From Adineta vaga (taxonomy: Eukaryota; Animalia; Rotifera), in assembly GCA_021613535.1 (NCBI GenBank), contig CP075495.1, forward strand, positions 5,270,001 to 5,334,000: a stretch of 64,000 nucleotides of DNA, read 5' to 3'. The notes under the pieces were generated by a model that was given only the letters and a program-made list of their open reading frames with translations, was not told where the DNA came from and did not search any database. A program made the position numbers and the translations under genes. This document shows, one piece after another, positions 11,303 to 27,084 of the stretch (the stretch's first letter is position 1; each line of letters opens with the position of its first letter).

Positions 11303-13427
11303 ATGTCGATGTCAGCAACAACATTCCAACCAATGATGACTACACAATCTTCTACGTTACCGATCTATATTATAACAGGTTTTACCGTACTAAGTAATTC
11401 ATAAATAATCTAGTTTCGTATGTTTCATCTATTTGTTTTTAATTGCAGCTACTACATTTCCAACATCTCAAATTACCAGTCAAACGACTCCTGTAGTCTC
11501 TAGTCGAATGACAACAAGTAGTCTAATCGGAACTAGTACATCAACATCACTACCGAATAATCTACTACCATTGAATCCTGATACTTGTAATATTTCAAAT
11601 TATGTTAGGTTATTCAATGGTACTTGCGTGTCGAAGTCAGATGCACAAGTATGAATTACGTAATTTAAAGTAGTTTTTTTTAAATATCTTTATTTCTTCT
11701 TGTAGATAATTAGTTATGATATAATACGTAATCGTTCTACGGATACTAATAAGACGGCTTACGCACTTTCCTTATACATTAGTTCAATTACTAATTTAAC
11801 TAATGTACGAAATAGTACATATGTTTTAACAGTGGATGAAATCGATAATGCATTGTCTAATCTTTCAGTTATTAATTTAGCGATCAATTCCAATACATCT
11901 TTTGTTATGGCACAACAACTAAATCAAAGTAATAATGTTCTTGTTCTAGGTGCATCATTCAAACGTGCTATTGGTGGAGATATTGTTGATACTTCAAATA
12001 GAGAAAATATAATAAAATCAAATGTAACTGCAGCAGCTATTGTTAATAGAGAATACATAACTGGTATCTCATCTATAAATATGATTATTATTGATAAACC
12101 TACGGGATATGAAAATATCGATAATAAAACAAATAAAACACTTGCTTCATCAGTAATTATTGTTAATTTACGACGAAATAGTTCAACTTTTATTCCATTA
12201 TCTGTTTCATTATATTTTAATCCATTAGCAGAATATAAACAAAATGGAAGTGGAAAATATCTTTGTTCATTTTTTAATACAAATACATCAACATGGAGTG
12301 AAATGGGTTGTACAAATGCAAATTTTTCAAAAGAATTTAATCGTTATGAATGTAGTTGTAATCATACAACTTCATTTGCTCTTCTCTGGCTCCCACAATC
12401 ATTATTAACAACAACTTATACAAAACAATTAGATGCACAAGATATTACTTCGCTAATCTTTCAATTAATTTCAATCATATGTTTTATCATTATTCTAATA
12501 CATGCTATTACCATACGAATTATCAATCCAATGATTGGTATTGAAGCACTTCATTTACTTCCATTAATTTCAACTGCAAGTTCAACACTTTTATTTATTT
12601 TTTATATTGCACTTGCTCTGACTGCCTATACACAAACATCGTCTTCAGATCAGAGGATCTGTTTTTCAAGTTCGATCGTATTGATGTTTATTACTTATTT
12701 TCTTTTAATTTTCATGTTCTGTGTTAAAACAATTACGGGTTATTTTTATTTCATTCGTTTTATTCGTCTGTTTCCTCAACCATCGCATGGAAAACTTTTT
12801 ATTATGCTTATCATTGGTTTTATTATTGCTAGTCTATGTATTGCATTGGCAATTGGTTTTAATTCTCGTTCAACTCAACAAATTACACAATTATATCCAT
12901 ATAAACTATGTTGGTTTACTTATCCAGTAATTCATTATTTTATGACAATACCAATTGGAATTTTTCTCTTTACAAATTTTATAACAATAATTTTTGTTGC
13001 AAATAGTATCTTTAATCATGCACGTAATGCTACAACATCGAAACAAATCAATGAACGATTAAAACGATGTGTTATTGTTCTGTTATCATCTTGTGTTTCA
13101 CAAGGTTTTGGTTGGATATTTGGTCCATTGATATCATTTGTTAATCCAACAGCTGGACAAGTTGTTACATGGATATTTATTATAATAAATGGTTTGGAAG
13201 GTGTTTGGTCTGTACTTTTATATGTATTCATTCGATCACAACGATTATATGAACAAAAACATACTGAAGCTGCAATAGAACTGGCCAAAGCAAGTACAAG
13301 TTCATCAAATAAAATAAAACGATTAAATAAACAAAACAGTGATCAATTTCCATTATCTTCATTGAGTAATGTACGTAAAAGAGAATCAATTAATAATTCG
13401 AGTGGTGATGATGTTGATGATATGTGA
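11303..13427 (+). CDS. Adhesion GPCR (Ser/Thr stalk, GAIN/GPS domain, 7TM), copy 1
   Basis: Exons about 11301-11393, 11449-11648 and 11706-13427. GPS motif CSFFN...WSEMGC...ECSCNHTTSFALLW, then seven hydrophobic helices (LCWF, QGFGWIFG, INGLEG). No signal-peptide exon could be identified, so the 5' end is uncertain. Confidence 0.85.
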
Positions 13428-13770
13428 TCAAAGTAAAGAACAATATTTGTTATAAATTTATTTCAAATAAATAAATTTTTATTCCTGTTTACATTTGAAA
13501 TTTTTCTTGTTCAGTTGATTTTAATTCTATTCTATTTGACAATATATTTATTGTAAACTTGCAAGGATTAAATAGCTTGATTTCTTTTCTTATTATTCGA
13601 TTAATCGATATAAGAACTCTCTTCGAATTAATTGACACGAGTGACAAATCATTTGAATAGAAGATACGATTGAATTGATCTTCGTGTCTCCATACATGTC
13701 AAATATAATTAGTGAAAAAGAAAATACAATGATTCAAAGATAGATGAAATAGTCATTTCTAACAGACATC

Positions 13771-15537
13771 ATGTGGTATATGTGGTTTGTAATTGTAACT
13801 TTTCTACAACCATTAAATACTTTATCAAATATTGAAAAATGTTGGCCAACAGCAAATAATCTAACATGTGTTCTCAATGATTTACTTTTAGGATATAATA
13901 AATATATTCGACCAAATCATACGGGTAAGCATTACTTTCCTAATACTAAAAATTCTTTATTCTTGTTAATATTTATATAGGAGATCCAATTCGTGTTCAA
14001 GTTTACGTAATGATTATTAGTTTAGGTATATAAAAGATTACTAATACTATTATTATTCTATAATATTTCATATCTATTTAGGACCAGTTTTAGAACTTGA
14101 TATGGTAAATATTGAAAAAATTTATATGTCTTAATCAGTTCATCATTTTGAAACTTAGTCATTTACAATGAATTTATTTTTTCGTCAAATATGGACTGAT
14201 AAACGATTAACATTACCAAATCAAATATCGAATGTAGCTGTTTCAACAAAATTACTTAGGTATAATGAAACTAGTCTCTTTATTATATACTTTTTGTACT
14301 CTAGTGCAATATGGAAACCTGATACATATTTTATTAATTCTCATTCTGCTTATCTTCATACAACACCAACACTTAATCATCTTTTACGTATACTAGAAAA
14401 TGGTCGATTACTTTATTCAAGTCGGTATGTTTACTCTATATTGCATATTTTCAAAAGAAAAAGATCAATAAAATCTGTTTAGATTAACTATTAAAGCTTC
14501 GTGTTCAACTTTTTTAAAACGATTTCCACTTGATGTTCAAACATGTCCTTTTATCTTATCTAGTTGTAAGTGAATTATAATTGTTTACAAATCATTTCTC
14601 ATAATACATTTATATTGCAAAGATGCATATGGAACAGAAGATATTATCTATGATTGGAAACTTGATGAACATAATGGTGTTGAATTTGAACGTTTAAAAT
14701 TATCACAATTCGATTTATTTGATCATAAAATTTCTCGTCGAGAAATGCTATTCAATGATCGTATGTATTTATTTTAACGATAGAATTCTTTATTTATTTA
14801 TCATTGAATAGGAAATCATTCTGTACTTCAACTTGATCTTTCCATGCGTCGAAATGCTGGTTACTATATCTTACAAGGTTATGTACCGGCAGGATTACTA
14901 GTTATTTTATCATGGGTGTCATTTTGGATTGATAGTGAAGCTACAGCTGATCGCGTTTATATTAGTATATCATTATAAGAATACATACAAATGATTTTCT
15001 TATTTTGACCTATATTTAGGTGTTACTTGTGTATTGAGTTTAACAACACTTACAATTGATATTCGTTCATATATTCCAGCAGTTCCATATTTTACCGCAA
15101 TTGATTATTTTTTTATTATGTGTTATCTATTTTTATTTGCTTCATTAATTCAACTCACTGCTGTTCATCGTCATCTTGATGTATATGAATAATACTCGAA
15201 TTCAAACTTTTTCTTCATTCTTCATGTGTTTCTCTTGTAGTATCGTCAATCGATCAGAAGTACAGGTAATATAAGTCGTCAACGGAAATCTTCAATTAAA
15301 TATCCTGCATCTGATGAAATTCCTCAATCCAACGTAGGTATTCTTCGAACAACACCAATTTGTCCAGTAGAGTTTGCTCGCCGATCAACACTCAGTATTA
15401 TTGTACATGGTTTACATCTGATAAAACAAAAAGCACCTTTACATAAACTTGATCGTATTGCACGGATTGCATTTCCTCTTCTATTTCTTATTTGTAATTG
15501 TATGTATTGGTATATTCTCATAGTTTACACAGCATAA
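13771..15537 (+). CDS. Cys-loop GABA-A-family receptor subunit, GRD-like
   Basis: About 10 exons, including a 23-nt exon near 14082-14104. Signal peptide, GYNKYIRP, FRQIWTDKRL, IWKPDTYF, Cys-loop CSTFLKRFPLDVQTC, M1 YYILQGYVPAGLLVILSWVSFWI, linker EATADRV and M4 LDRIARIAFPLLF. Stop at 15535-15537. Confidence 0.88.
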
Positions 15538-16586
15538 AATCATATATATGTGAGTGTTTATTCAAAAGTGGAATTTATTTTTCTATTAAGTCAAATCATA
15601 ATAAATGCTTATGTAAACTTCTTATACTCTAATGTTGTCATTTGGTTAAAGTTAACATCATGTTTTTATTGCTGTAGCTATATATTTATGACTGCGTTGA
15701 AGTGTAATTTGTATTTCGTGAAATTCAGTTATATTTACAGTGGATACTTATTCTCATATTAGATAATTATTGATCCTTTGCAAAAATGATTTTGCTTTTG
15801 AAATGCATTGTGCATGAAATCGATCTCATTGTAACTGACAATACTTGTATATTCTATACATGAAAGAGATGAAAGAATAATGGCAGCGGACTTTTTCATT
15901 TGACAGTCACTGTTTTTCTTGTGACTTTGAGAAAGTTGTTAATCGGAAGTAGGAACATCGAAAAAACAAACGGTTACTACCGTTTTTCTCGTTGTGCGAT
16001 GTGATAGATGATGAATTGTAAAAACAATAACATCTTAAAGTCTGTCAATACGATTTTTTCATTCGGTTGGTCTGGTAAATCAAACATATTTGCATTATGA
16101 AAATTTCAAAAAGATACTATTTGTTTTGCTTCTCTTGCACTTTCTTTCCTTTCAGTGTACGCGAAAATCAACAAAATGAAGGTTACGAATAGAAAATCAT
16201 ATTTCTTTTACTTCCATTTCAAAGAATAAATTTGTCGATAGGTAAAGTAGAATATGTTTGATATTTGTTGCATATATTACATATTCATTCTTTATGTTGA
16301 CTGAGGAAAATGATTGGCATTTGGCCAAGGACGCTTCCGTCTTTCAGTATGTAGTTAAATGAATGAAAACGAAGAAAAATATTACAATATGGTTAAGCAA
16401 AATTTGAGTAACCTCGAACTAAATATACAATTGATTCAATAATATTTATTCTTCAACAGAACTTGATGGTACAGGATTTCCTTTCATAAATATATCCGAG
16501 AAAAATAAAAGGAATTAGTTGTGCTAGATTTCTGTAAATATTTTTCCTATGTCGATAATTCAATTTTAGATAATAATATATTAGAG

Positions 16587-19500
16587 ATGAACAACATCAA
16601 ATTAAGATTCTACTTTATATTATTAGTAATCGTCATTGTGGGCCAATCACAATTAACTACAGGTAATAAATTTTATCTTCTGTTCATTTAAAGTCTTCGA
16701 TCGAAACCATAAAAAAAGCTGTAATAACTATATATCCGTTTCGGTGAAAAACTTGATTTTTTATAACATATAAGATTACTTTCGTACTTTTGTTCCTGCA
16801 AATATTAAGTTTCACACATTGTCATGACTACAGAATTAAACTAAATTGAGATATATCATATACACTATTACTTAGTTTATCGAATCTTCAGACTGCATTA
16901 GAAATAAAATTCCATTATTTCTCTGGAGAAATAAGATCATTTATTACTTTATAAAGCCAAATATTTCAACATAGTAGAAAAATCAAACAAAACAGTACCT
17001 CTTTTACCTAAACCTACTAGTCTGCGACACTTCATGATATGAGAATGTCACTTCAACAAGCATAGAATCCAGAAATATTAGCTGCCAAGATATTCGTTAC
17101 CTCCTACAAAAAGACAGTTTTCTACTTTCAAAAATCAGAGCACCTATGGATGATACACATATGCAAGTCAGATAAATGACTGCATCCACATGTCTTTATT
17201 ACTCCTATGACCCATATCTGCTAGCTTTAGTTTCATCCATCGACATAATAGAAAATCGGATGTAATTGATATCAAAACGCACATTATGCAACTTTAATAC
17301 ATTATATTCATTTCTTTTCCGATCCAACCACTTCTAATTATCTATTGCAGACAGTGAAACATCCACTAATGCCGATCTGTTAACTTCCTACACCACCAGT
17401 ACCACAACTACTAGCTCAACTAGTGCTACAACGACCACCTCAACTAGTAGTACGAGCACATCAAGTACTAGTTCAACGAGCACAACTACCGACACTACCT
17501 CAACTAGTAGTACGAGCACATCAAGCGCCACAACTAGTACTACGAGCATATCAAGTACTAGTTCAACAAGCACAACTACCACAACTACCTCAACTAGTAG
17601 TACGAGCACATCAAGCGCCACAACTAGTACTACGAGCATATCAAGTACTAGTTCAACAAGCACAACTACCACAACTACCTCAACTAGTAGTACGAGCACA
17701 TCAAGCGCCACAACTAGTACTACGAGCATATCAAGTACTAGTTCAACAAGCACAACTACCACAACTACCTCAACTAGTGCTACAACGACCACCTCAACTA
17801 GTAGTACGAGCACCTCAAGCACCTCAACTACCTCAACTAGTGCTACAACGACCACCTCAACTAGTAGTACGAGCACCTCAAGCACCTCAACTACCTCAAC
17901 TAGTGCTACAACGACCACCTCAACTAGTAGTACGAGCACATCAAGTACTAGCTCAACGAGCACCACTACCGACACTACCTCAACTAGTAGTACGAGCACA
18001 TCAAGCGCCACAACTAGTACTACGAGCACATCAAGTACTAGTTCAACCACCACAACTACCGACACTACCTCAACTAGTAGTACGAGCACCACTACCGACA
18101 TTACCTCAACTAGTAGTACGAGCACATCAAGCGCCACAACTAGTACTACGAGCATATCAAGTACTAGTTCAACAAGCACAACTACCACAACTACCTCAAC
18201 TAGTACTACGAGCACCTCAAGCGCCACAACTAGTACAAGCACTTCAAGCACCGCAACTAGTACAAGCACTTCAAGCACCGCAACTACCTCAACTAGTAGT
18301 GCGAGCACCCCAACTATTACAGGCAACTCAACCACCGGAACTATTGCTATAATTGCAACGTCAGTAGGAAGTAACTCATCTATGGTCACAACGGGATTTA
18401 TTATATCGTCGAGTGGTCCAATCACGACTGAAGTAACAACTATGTTGACAAGTGTGACGTCAAGTTCAATGACGACAACGACGACGAATAGTTTTTACTG
18501 TATGAACTCAACTCATGTCTTGTTAACAAATAGCAGTTGTGTTCTGAAAACGAGCGGACAGGTATTGTAGGACATCAGTTTTTATTTAAGTTTAGCATAT
18601 GTCTTTTGCTTTAGGAATCAAGCTATAGTGTATTAATTAATGAAACGGCCAATTCAACGGTTGTGGGAAATAGTCTGATCAATTACTTTGAGTCAGTAGC
18701 TAATGTCACATCTCCTAATTCTAATTTTTTAATAACACTCGGTCGAGTTGATGGATTAGTTGATAATTTGAACAGTACGAATTTTAATGTTAATGGAACA
18801 TCGAACTTTTTGATGGTACAAAATCGAAATGAAAATGATGATGTTAAAGTATTGGGTGCTTCGTTTCAACCGAGTATTCATGGTCAAATCGTTAATTCTG
18901 AAAATAAGGATAACATTCTTCGATCAAATCTATCGTGTGCTGTGGTTGTTAGTAATGATTCAATAGCTAATATTCAATCGATGAGTATACTTATTATTAA
19001 TGAACCAAGTTTATATAAAAATATTGATAATTCAACAAATGATACCGTACTTCTATCGCCAATAATTGTGGCTTCTATGAAAAGACTTACTGGCACAACA
19101 AGTTCAATAAATATTTCGTTATATTTTACACCATTGGCGGATTCTCCAGCATCAAATAATGGCACATTTCGTTGTTCATTTTACGATACAAATACATACC
19201 GTTGGAATGATTCTGGCTGTACTTCACCAACGTATAATGAAGATTATAAGCGACACGAATGCTCTTGTAGTCATACAACGTCGTTTGCTCTTATTTGGTT
19301 GCCATCATCATTATTAAAATCTAGTGGGCGAACATTTCGAGCAGCAGATATCGCTTCACTTGCAAGTCAATCATTGTCCATTGCATGTTTTTTAGGAATT
19401 CTCGCTCATGCTTTCGTTGATCGATTTATCAGACGCTCAATACTTCTATATGCAACTGTTTTACTTCCATTAATATCATATGGAAGCACGTGTATCCTTT

Positions 19501-20357
19501 TTATCTTTTATATTGCTCTTGCTCTAACAGTACACACTCGTACGACGTCAGAAAATGAAAGTCAATGTTTTTTAAGTTCAAGTATTCTTATGTTTTTCAC
19601 TTATTTCTTCTTAATCTTCATGTTATGCATTAAAACAAGTGTTGGTTATTTTAATTATCTTCGATTTGTTCAACTTTTCCCACCACCATCATCCCGACGA
19701 CTTATTATTTTACTACTGATATCATTTTTGCTCTCTATAGCATGGGTTTCTTTTGCAATTGGTTTCAATTCAAATTCTTCTTATAATATTATTCAATTAT
19801 ATCCATATAGATTTTGTTGGTTTACTCGTTCGGTAATTTACTATTTTTTAACAATACCTGTCTCGATCTTCCTTCTTTTGACTTTTATTATTATTGTTTA
19901 TGTCGGAAAACGTATGATAAATCATGTACAACGAGCAACAGCGCCACATCAAGCATATCAACGAATGAAACAATGTGTTTTCGTTTTATTAGCATCTTGT
20001 ATTACGCAAGGAATTGGTTGGTTATTTGGTCCATTCCTTTCATTCGTTAGTCCAACTGGTGCATCTGTTTTGGAATGGTTTTTTATTGTATTTAATGGAT
20101 TAGAAGGTGTATGGTCAATTGTGGCATACATAATTATTCGATTACAATTAAAAGATGAGCAGAAGCGTGTAACAGCAGCAAGGAAATTAGCCAAACAATC
20201 GGATATTAAAAGAAGCAGCACTAAAAGAGAGCCTTCAGTCAATAGACAAAAAGAAAGTAGATCTATATCAAAAGATATTGAAACTCGACCTCGCAGTAGA
20301 CGGAACGACTCAAGCCGTCCGTCAGATGATAGACATCGACAAGAATATATGTCTTAG
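16587..20357 (+). CDS. Adhesion GPCR with long mucin-like Ser/Thr stalk, GAIN/GPS and 7TM, copy 2
   Basis: Exon 1 16587-16662 (signal peptide MNNIKLRFYFILLVIVIVGQSQLTT), exon 2 17351-18561 (S/T-rich frame, mostly not shown in the ORF track), exon 3 18615-20357. GPS motif CSFYD...WNDSGC...ECSCSHTTSFALIW. Clearly paralogous to copy 1. Confidence 0.9.
17388..18330 (+). repeat. Coding minisatellite encoding the mucin-like stalk
   Basis: Three identical 90-bp units (17501-17590, 17591-17680, 17681-17770), two 63-bp units (17771-17833, 17834-17896) and degenerate flanking copies built from CAACTAGT.. submotifs. Confidence 0.95.
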
Positions 20358-21259
20358 TTTGTACAGTATTATAATCTTTTATTTAATTCACCATTTTATT
20401 AACTTAAGAATACACATCAACTAATCTATTTGAAAATTATATTCCATGTCGAAACAGAAATATGTATTTTAGTCTGTTGTAATAAAGATGATGATATTCT
20501 GTACTTTTAGTACAAAATATTTTGTATAGGGGTTGCTAAGAAAGTTACGAGTCAGTAAGGGCATTATTATCATAAGTCGATCGTGCATTATCTTGATTAA
20601 TTTCTCTGAAAAAAAACAAATGAAAGTGTAGATTTTCTTTCGATTAACTAATAAATAACTTTTCTAAACTTTGAACAAATATATTCTCTACAGGTAGTGT
20701 CGAATAACGATATGCATTTCATAACGAAATACCTCTTGGCAAACTTCGAATAAAAGATAGATCCTGTGTTTTGTTTAAGCAAATGATGATAAGACTGACA
20801 TATCTAGATTTCATGCATTTCTCTTATCAATAAACTCCTCAATACTTCTGCTCTATACACTGCTGGAACTTAATCTACATCTAAATAAAAAGAATGAATG
20901 GTGTTTTTTTTTCTATAAATTGTAAGACGGATATTAATTATATACAGACTAAAATCCAACAACGACCTAAAAAATGACATTTTTTGTCGAAGATGAATGT
21001 GTTGGTTAGAGAAGAGGTAATGTGGTACAATGGTACAAGTATCTTTAAAATCAAAGTGCAAGTATAGTAATAATCTTATTGGTACATATACATAGATACT
21101 CGTATTGAACACCCTATAAACAGGGTGACTTAACATCCTATGGAAAATAAGCTCTTTACAATAATGGATCTGTTGTTTCACCCATAATCATAATCGGTAT
21201 TGATCAAAAATATGTACAATCATCAATGAATACATTTCTTTGTTTTCAACTTGTGAAGA

Positions 21260-22130
21260 GATGTTCATTATCGAAATATAATATGACATTCAAAAGATAT
21301 CATTGCAATCGTAATTCTCAAGAACTATTTGCTCTTCTCTGAATACCAAAAACAATACAATCAAAGAGTCTTACTTTTCAAGATATTGTTTCCTTGATTT
21401 GTCTCTCGTTTCCCATTCTTTCTTTCCATCTAATAACTATTCATAGTCTCACAAGTCGACTTTTCAATCCATGAATATCTCTATTTCCTCGTGATTATTT
21501 ACCCTTGAGATCATCTGTAAGTACAATTATACTTTTCATCTTCTATATTTCATTAACTATGACCCGTATATACACGAATATCATTGATATCTTCTGAATC
21601 AACAACATGTTTTCGAAGTGCTAGCATTCGAATGTTTATTACTTATTTCTTTTTAATCTTGATGTCATGTCTTAAAACAAGTGTTGGTTATTTCAATTAT
21701 CTTCAATTTGTTCAACTTTTTCCGCCACCATCTTTTCGAAAACTATTTCTTTCAATTATTATCTCACTTCATATATCGATTATATATACTACTTTTGCAA
21801 TTGGTTTTAAGTCTAATTCATCTTATCATATTATTCAAATGTATGAGAATAAGATATTCTGGTTTACGGTACCTACACTCTACTATTTTTTAATTATTCC
21901 AGTTGCAATATTCTTTTTATTGAATATTATTCTTATTATTTATGTTGGAAAACGGCTCGTCATCAATCTTATGAATGAATAAATAAAACAAACTGTTCCG
22001 GTTGTATTAGCATCTTGCATTACACAAGGAATTGGTTGGTTATTTGGTTCAATCTTTTCGTTTGTTCATCCAACGAGTAGGTCGGCTTTAGAATGGTATT
22101 TTTTATAATATTTAATGGATTAGAAGGTAT
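21260..22130 (+). pseudogene. Decayed third adhesion-GPCR copy (GPS remnant plus 7TM)
   Basis: Homologous blocks RYHCNRNSQELFALL*IPK (TGA where the paralogues have Trp), FITYFFLILMSCLKTSVGYFNYLQFVQLFPPPS, LASCITQGIGWLFG and IFNGLEG, interrupted by stops and frameshifts. Confidence 0.85.
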
Positions 22131-22551
22131 AGATTTCGAAAATAAAACTTCGAATTACTCCTCACCATGATCACGCTATCAAGCAAATTCTAGTATTATC
22201 TATAAACGAAAACAATCAATGAGATTTTTCAATCGATGTTTTCTTCTTCAAGAATTCAAAGAGATAGTTTTTTTTATCAAAATGAAAAACAAAAAAATAA
22301 GATATTTTCGAGATGGATAAGATCCAAACTGATATAATTATCTATGAGGTTGATGAAAATATCTTGTATGACAAAAAAACAACAAAAATTTGCTAAATAT
22401 TAATACGTTTTCTTAATCTTTCCTACAGAATAATCACATTTATGTACATATATCACAGTAAAAACGAGATTAAGATTACAAACAAACAAACAAATAAGAT
22501 TTAGATGTTAATAAAAACGCTAACTGCTGGTTTTTTCTCGCTTCTTTTCTA

Positions 22552-23394
22552 TCAATCATCTTGAAGATTATTCCAAGAAATTCTTGTTTCATAGAATTGA
22601 ATAATTTCATCTTCGCAATATTTTCTTGCAACATCAGCTGGTATTAATTCCATATTATCTTCAATGCTTGTCGGAGATTCATAATGAACAAGATAATGTA
22701 ATTGTTCACCTTTCGTCCTATTAATTCCGAGAACTGCTTGAACTTTATAACCATTTTCTATTCCATAAGTTACTGAATTCGTTTTTGAACTTTTCTCAGA
22801 ATCTGCTGATGAAGCAACGGATTTCGCTGGTTCTTCTTCTCCATTTTCTTCTTTTTCATTCTTGTCTTCATTGTCGTCGTCGTCGTCGTCATCATCATCA
22901 TCGTCATCATGTATAACTTTCGTTCGTCGTTTTTTCGATCGATTAGTTTTACTACTTCGATTTCGACTTTTTTTTGAAGTATTTCTTTCTCGTTGTGTAC
23001 GTTTTCGTTTTCGTTCTTCTTCACGATTGAATTCATTTAAACGTTCAGGACAATTTAAACTTGTTGCCGGTATCCATTCATTTGCTTTATCATCATAACC
23101 AACCCATTTTATGTAATATTCATATCCACCACCACGTCGACGTTTTCGTTTAGCCAAAATTTTTTCCTTGAAAAGAATAGAAGAGAAAAGAAAAGAAAAG
23201 AAATGATTTCATAATAAATTGCTGTTCAAACTTACGACTTCATATTCACTACTGGCATTACTATCAGTATCATCATTATCGTCATCATTATCAGATTCAG
23301 TTGCTTTCGATTTTGCTTCATCGACGTCGTCAGTTTTTTCTGTACTTGATGCGACAGTTTCATTATCTTCATCAACTTGTTTCTCACTACTCAT
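22552..23394 (-). CDS. Heterochromatin protein 1 (HP1)/chromobox family: chromo plus chromo-shadow domains
   Basis: Exons 23394-23236 and 23166-22552. Chromodomain EYEVEKILAKR...YEYYIKWVGYD..ANEWIP..SLNC, a basic/acidic hinge, and shadow domain ending CEDEIIQFYETRISW. Confidence 0.88.
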
Positions 23395-23602
23395 TATTAG
23401 AAAATATAAAATGAATCGAAATAAAATCCTTCTTTATTTTCTTTCAACCAATCGATATCTTTCATGCTAGCGACATGATTAAAATTCTATTCGTCAATAA
23501 TTTAATGCCACGTTATTCTTAACATTTAATTAATTATCAATAGAAAAGAAGAACTCTTCTGCCTATTGAAGAACAAACGACACCATCCTTTCGTTTGATT
23601 GA
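23395..23602. promoter_or_regulatory. Probable bidirectional promoter shared by HP1 and SEC23
   Basis: Only 208 bp separate the divergent start codons (23394 on minus, 23603 on plus). Confidence 0.6.

Positions 23603-27084
<3,482 letters not shown>

Noticed and set aside
17501-17896. Regular repeats that superficially resemble a CRISPR array
   Set aside because: The units are contiguous, have no unique spacers and are in-frame coding sequence of a eukaryotic gene.
17388-18425. Long Val/Leu-rich minus ORF (345 aa) and Gln/Pro/Leu-rich plus ORF (309 aa)
   Set aside because: Shadow frames of the Ser/Thr mucin repeat. Only the S/T frame splices in phase with the signal-peptide exon and the GAIN exon.
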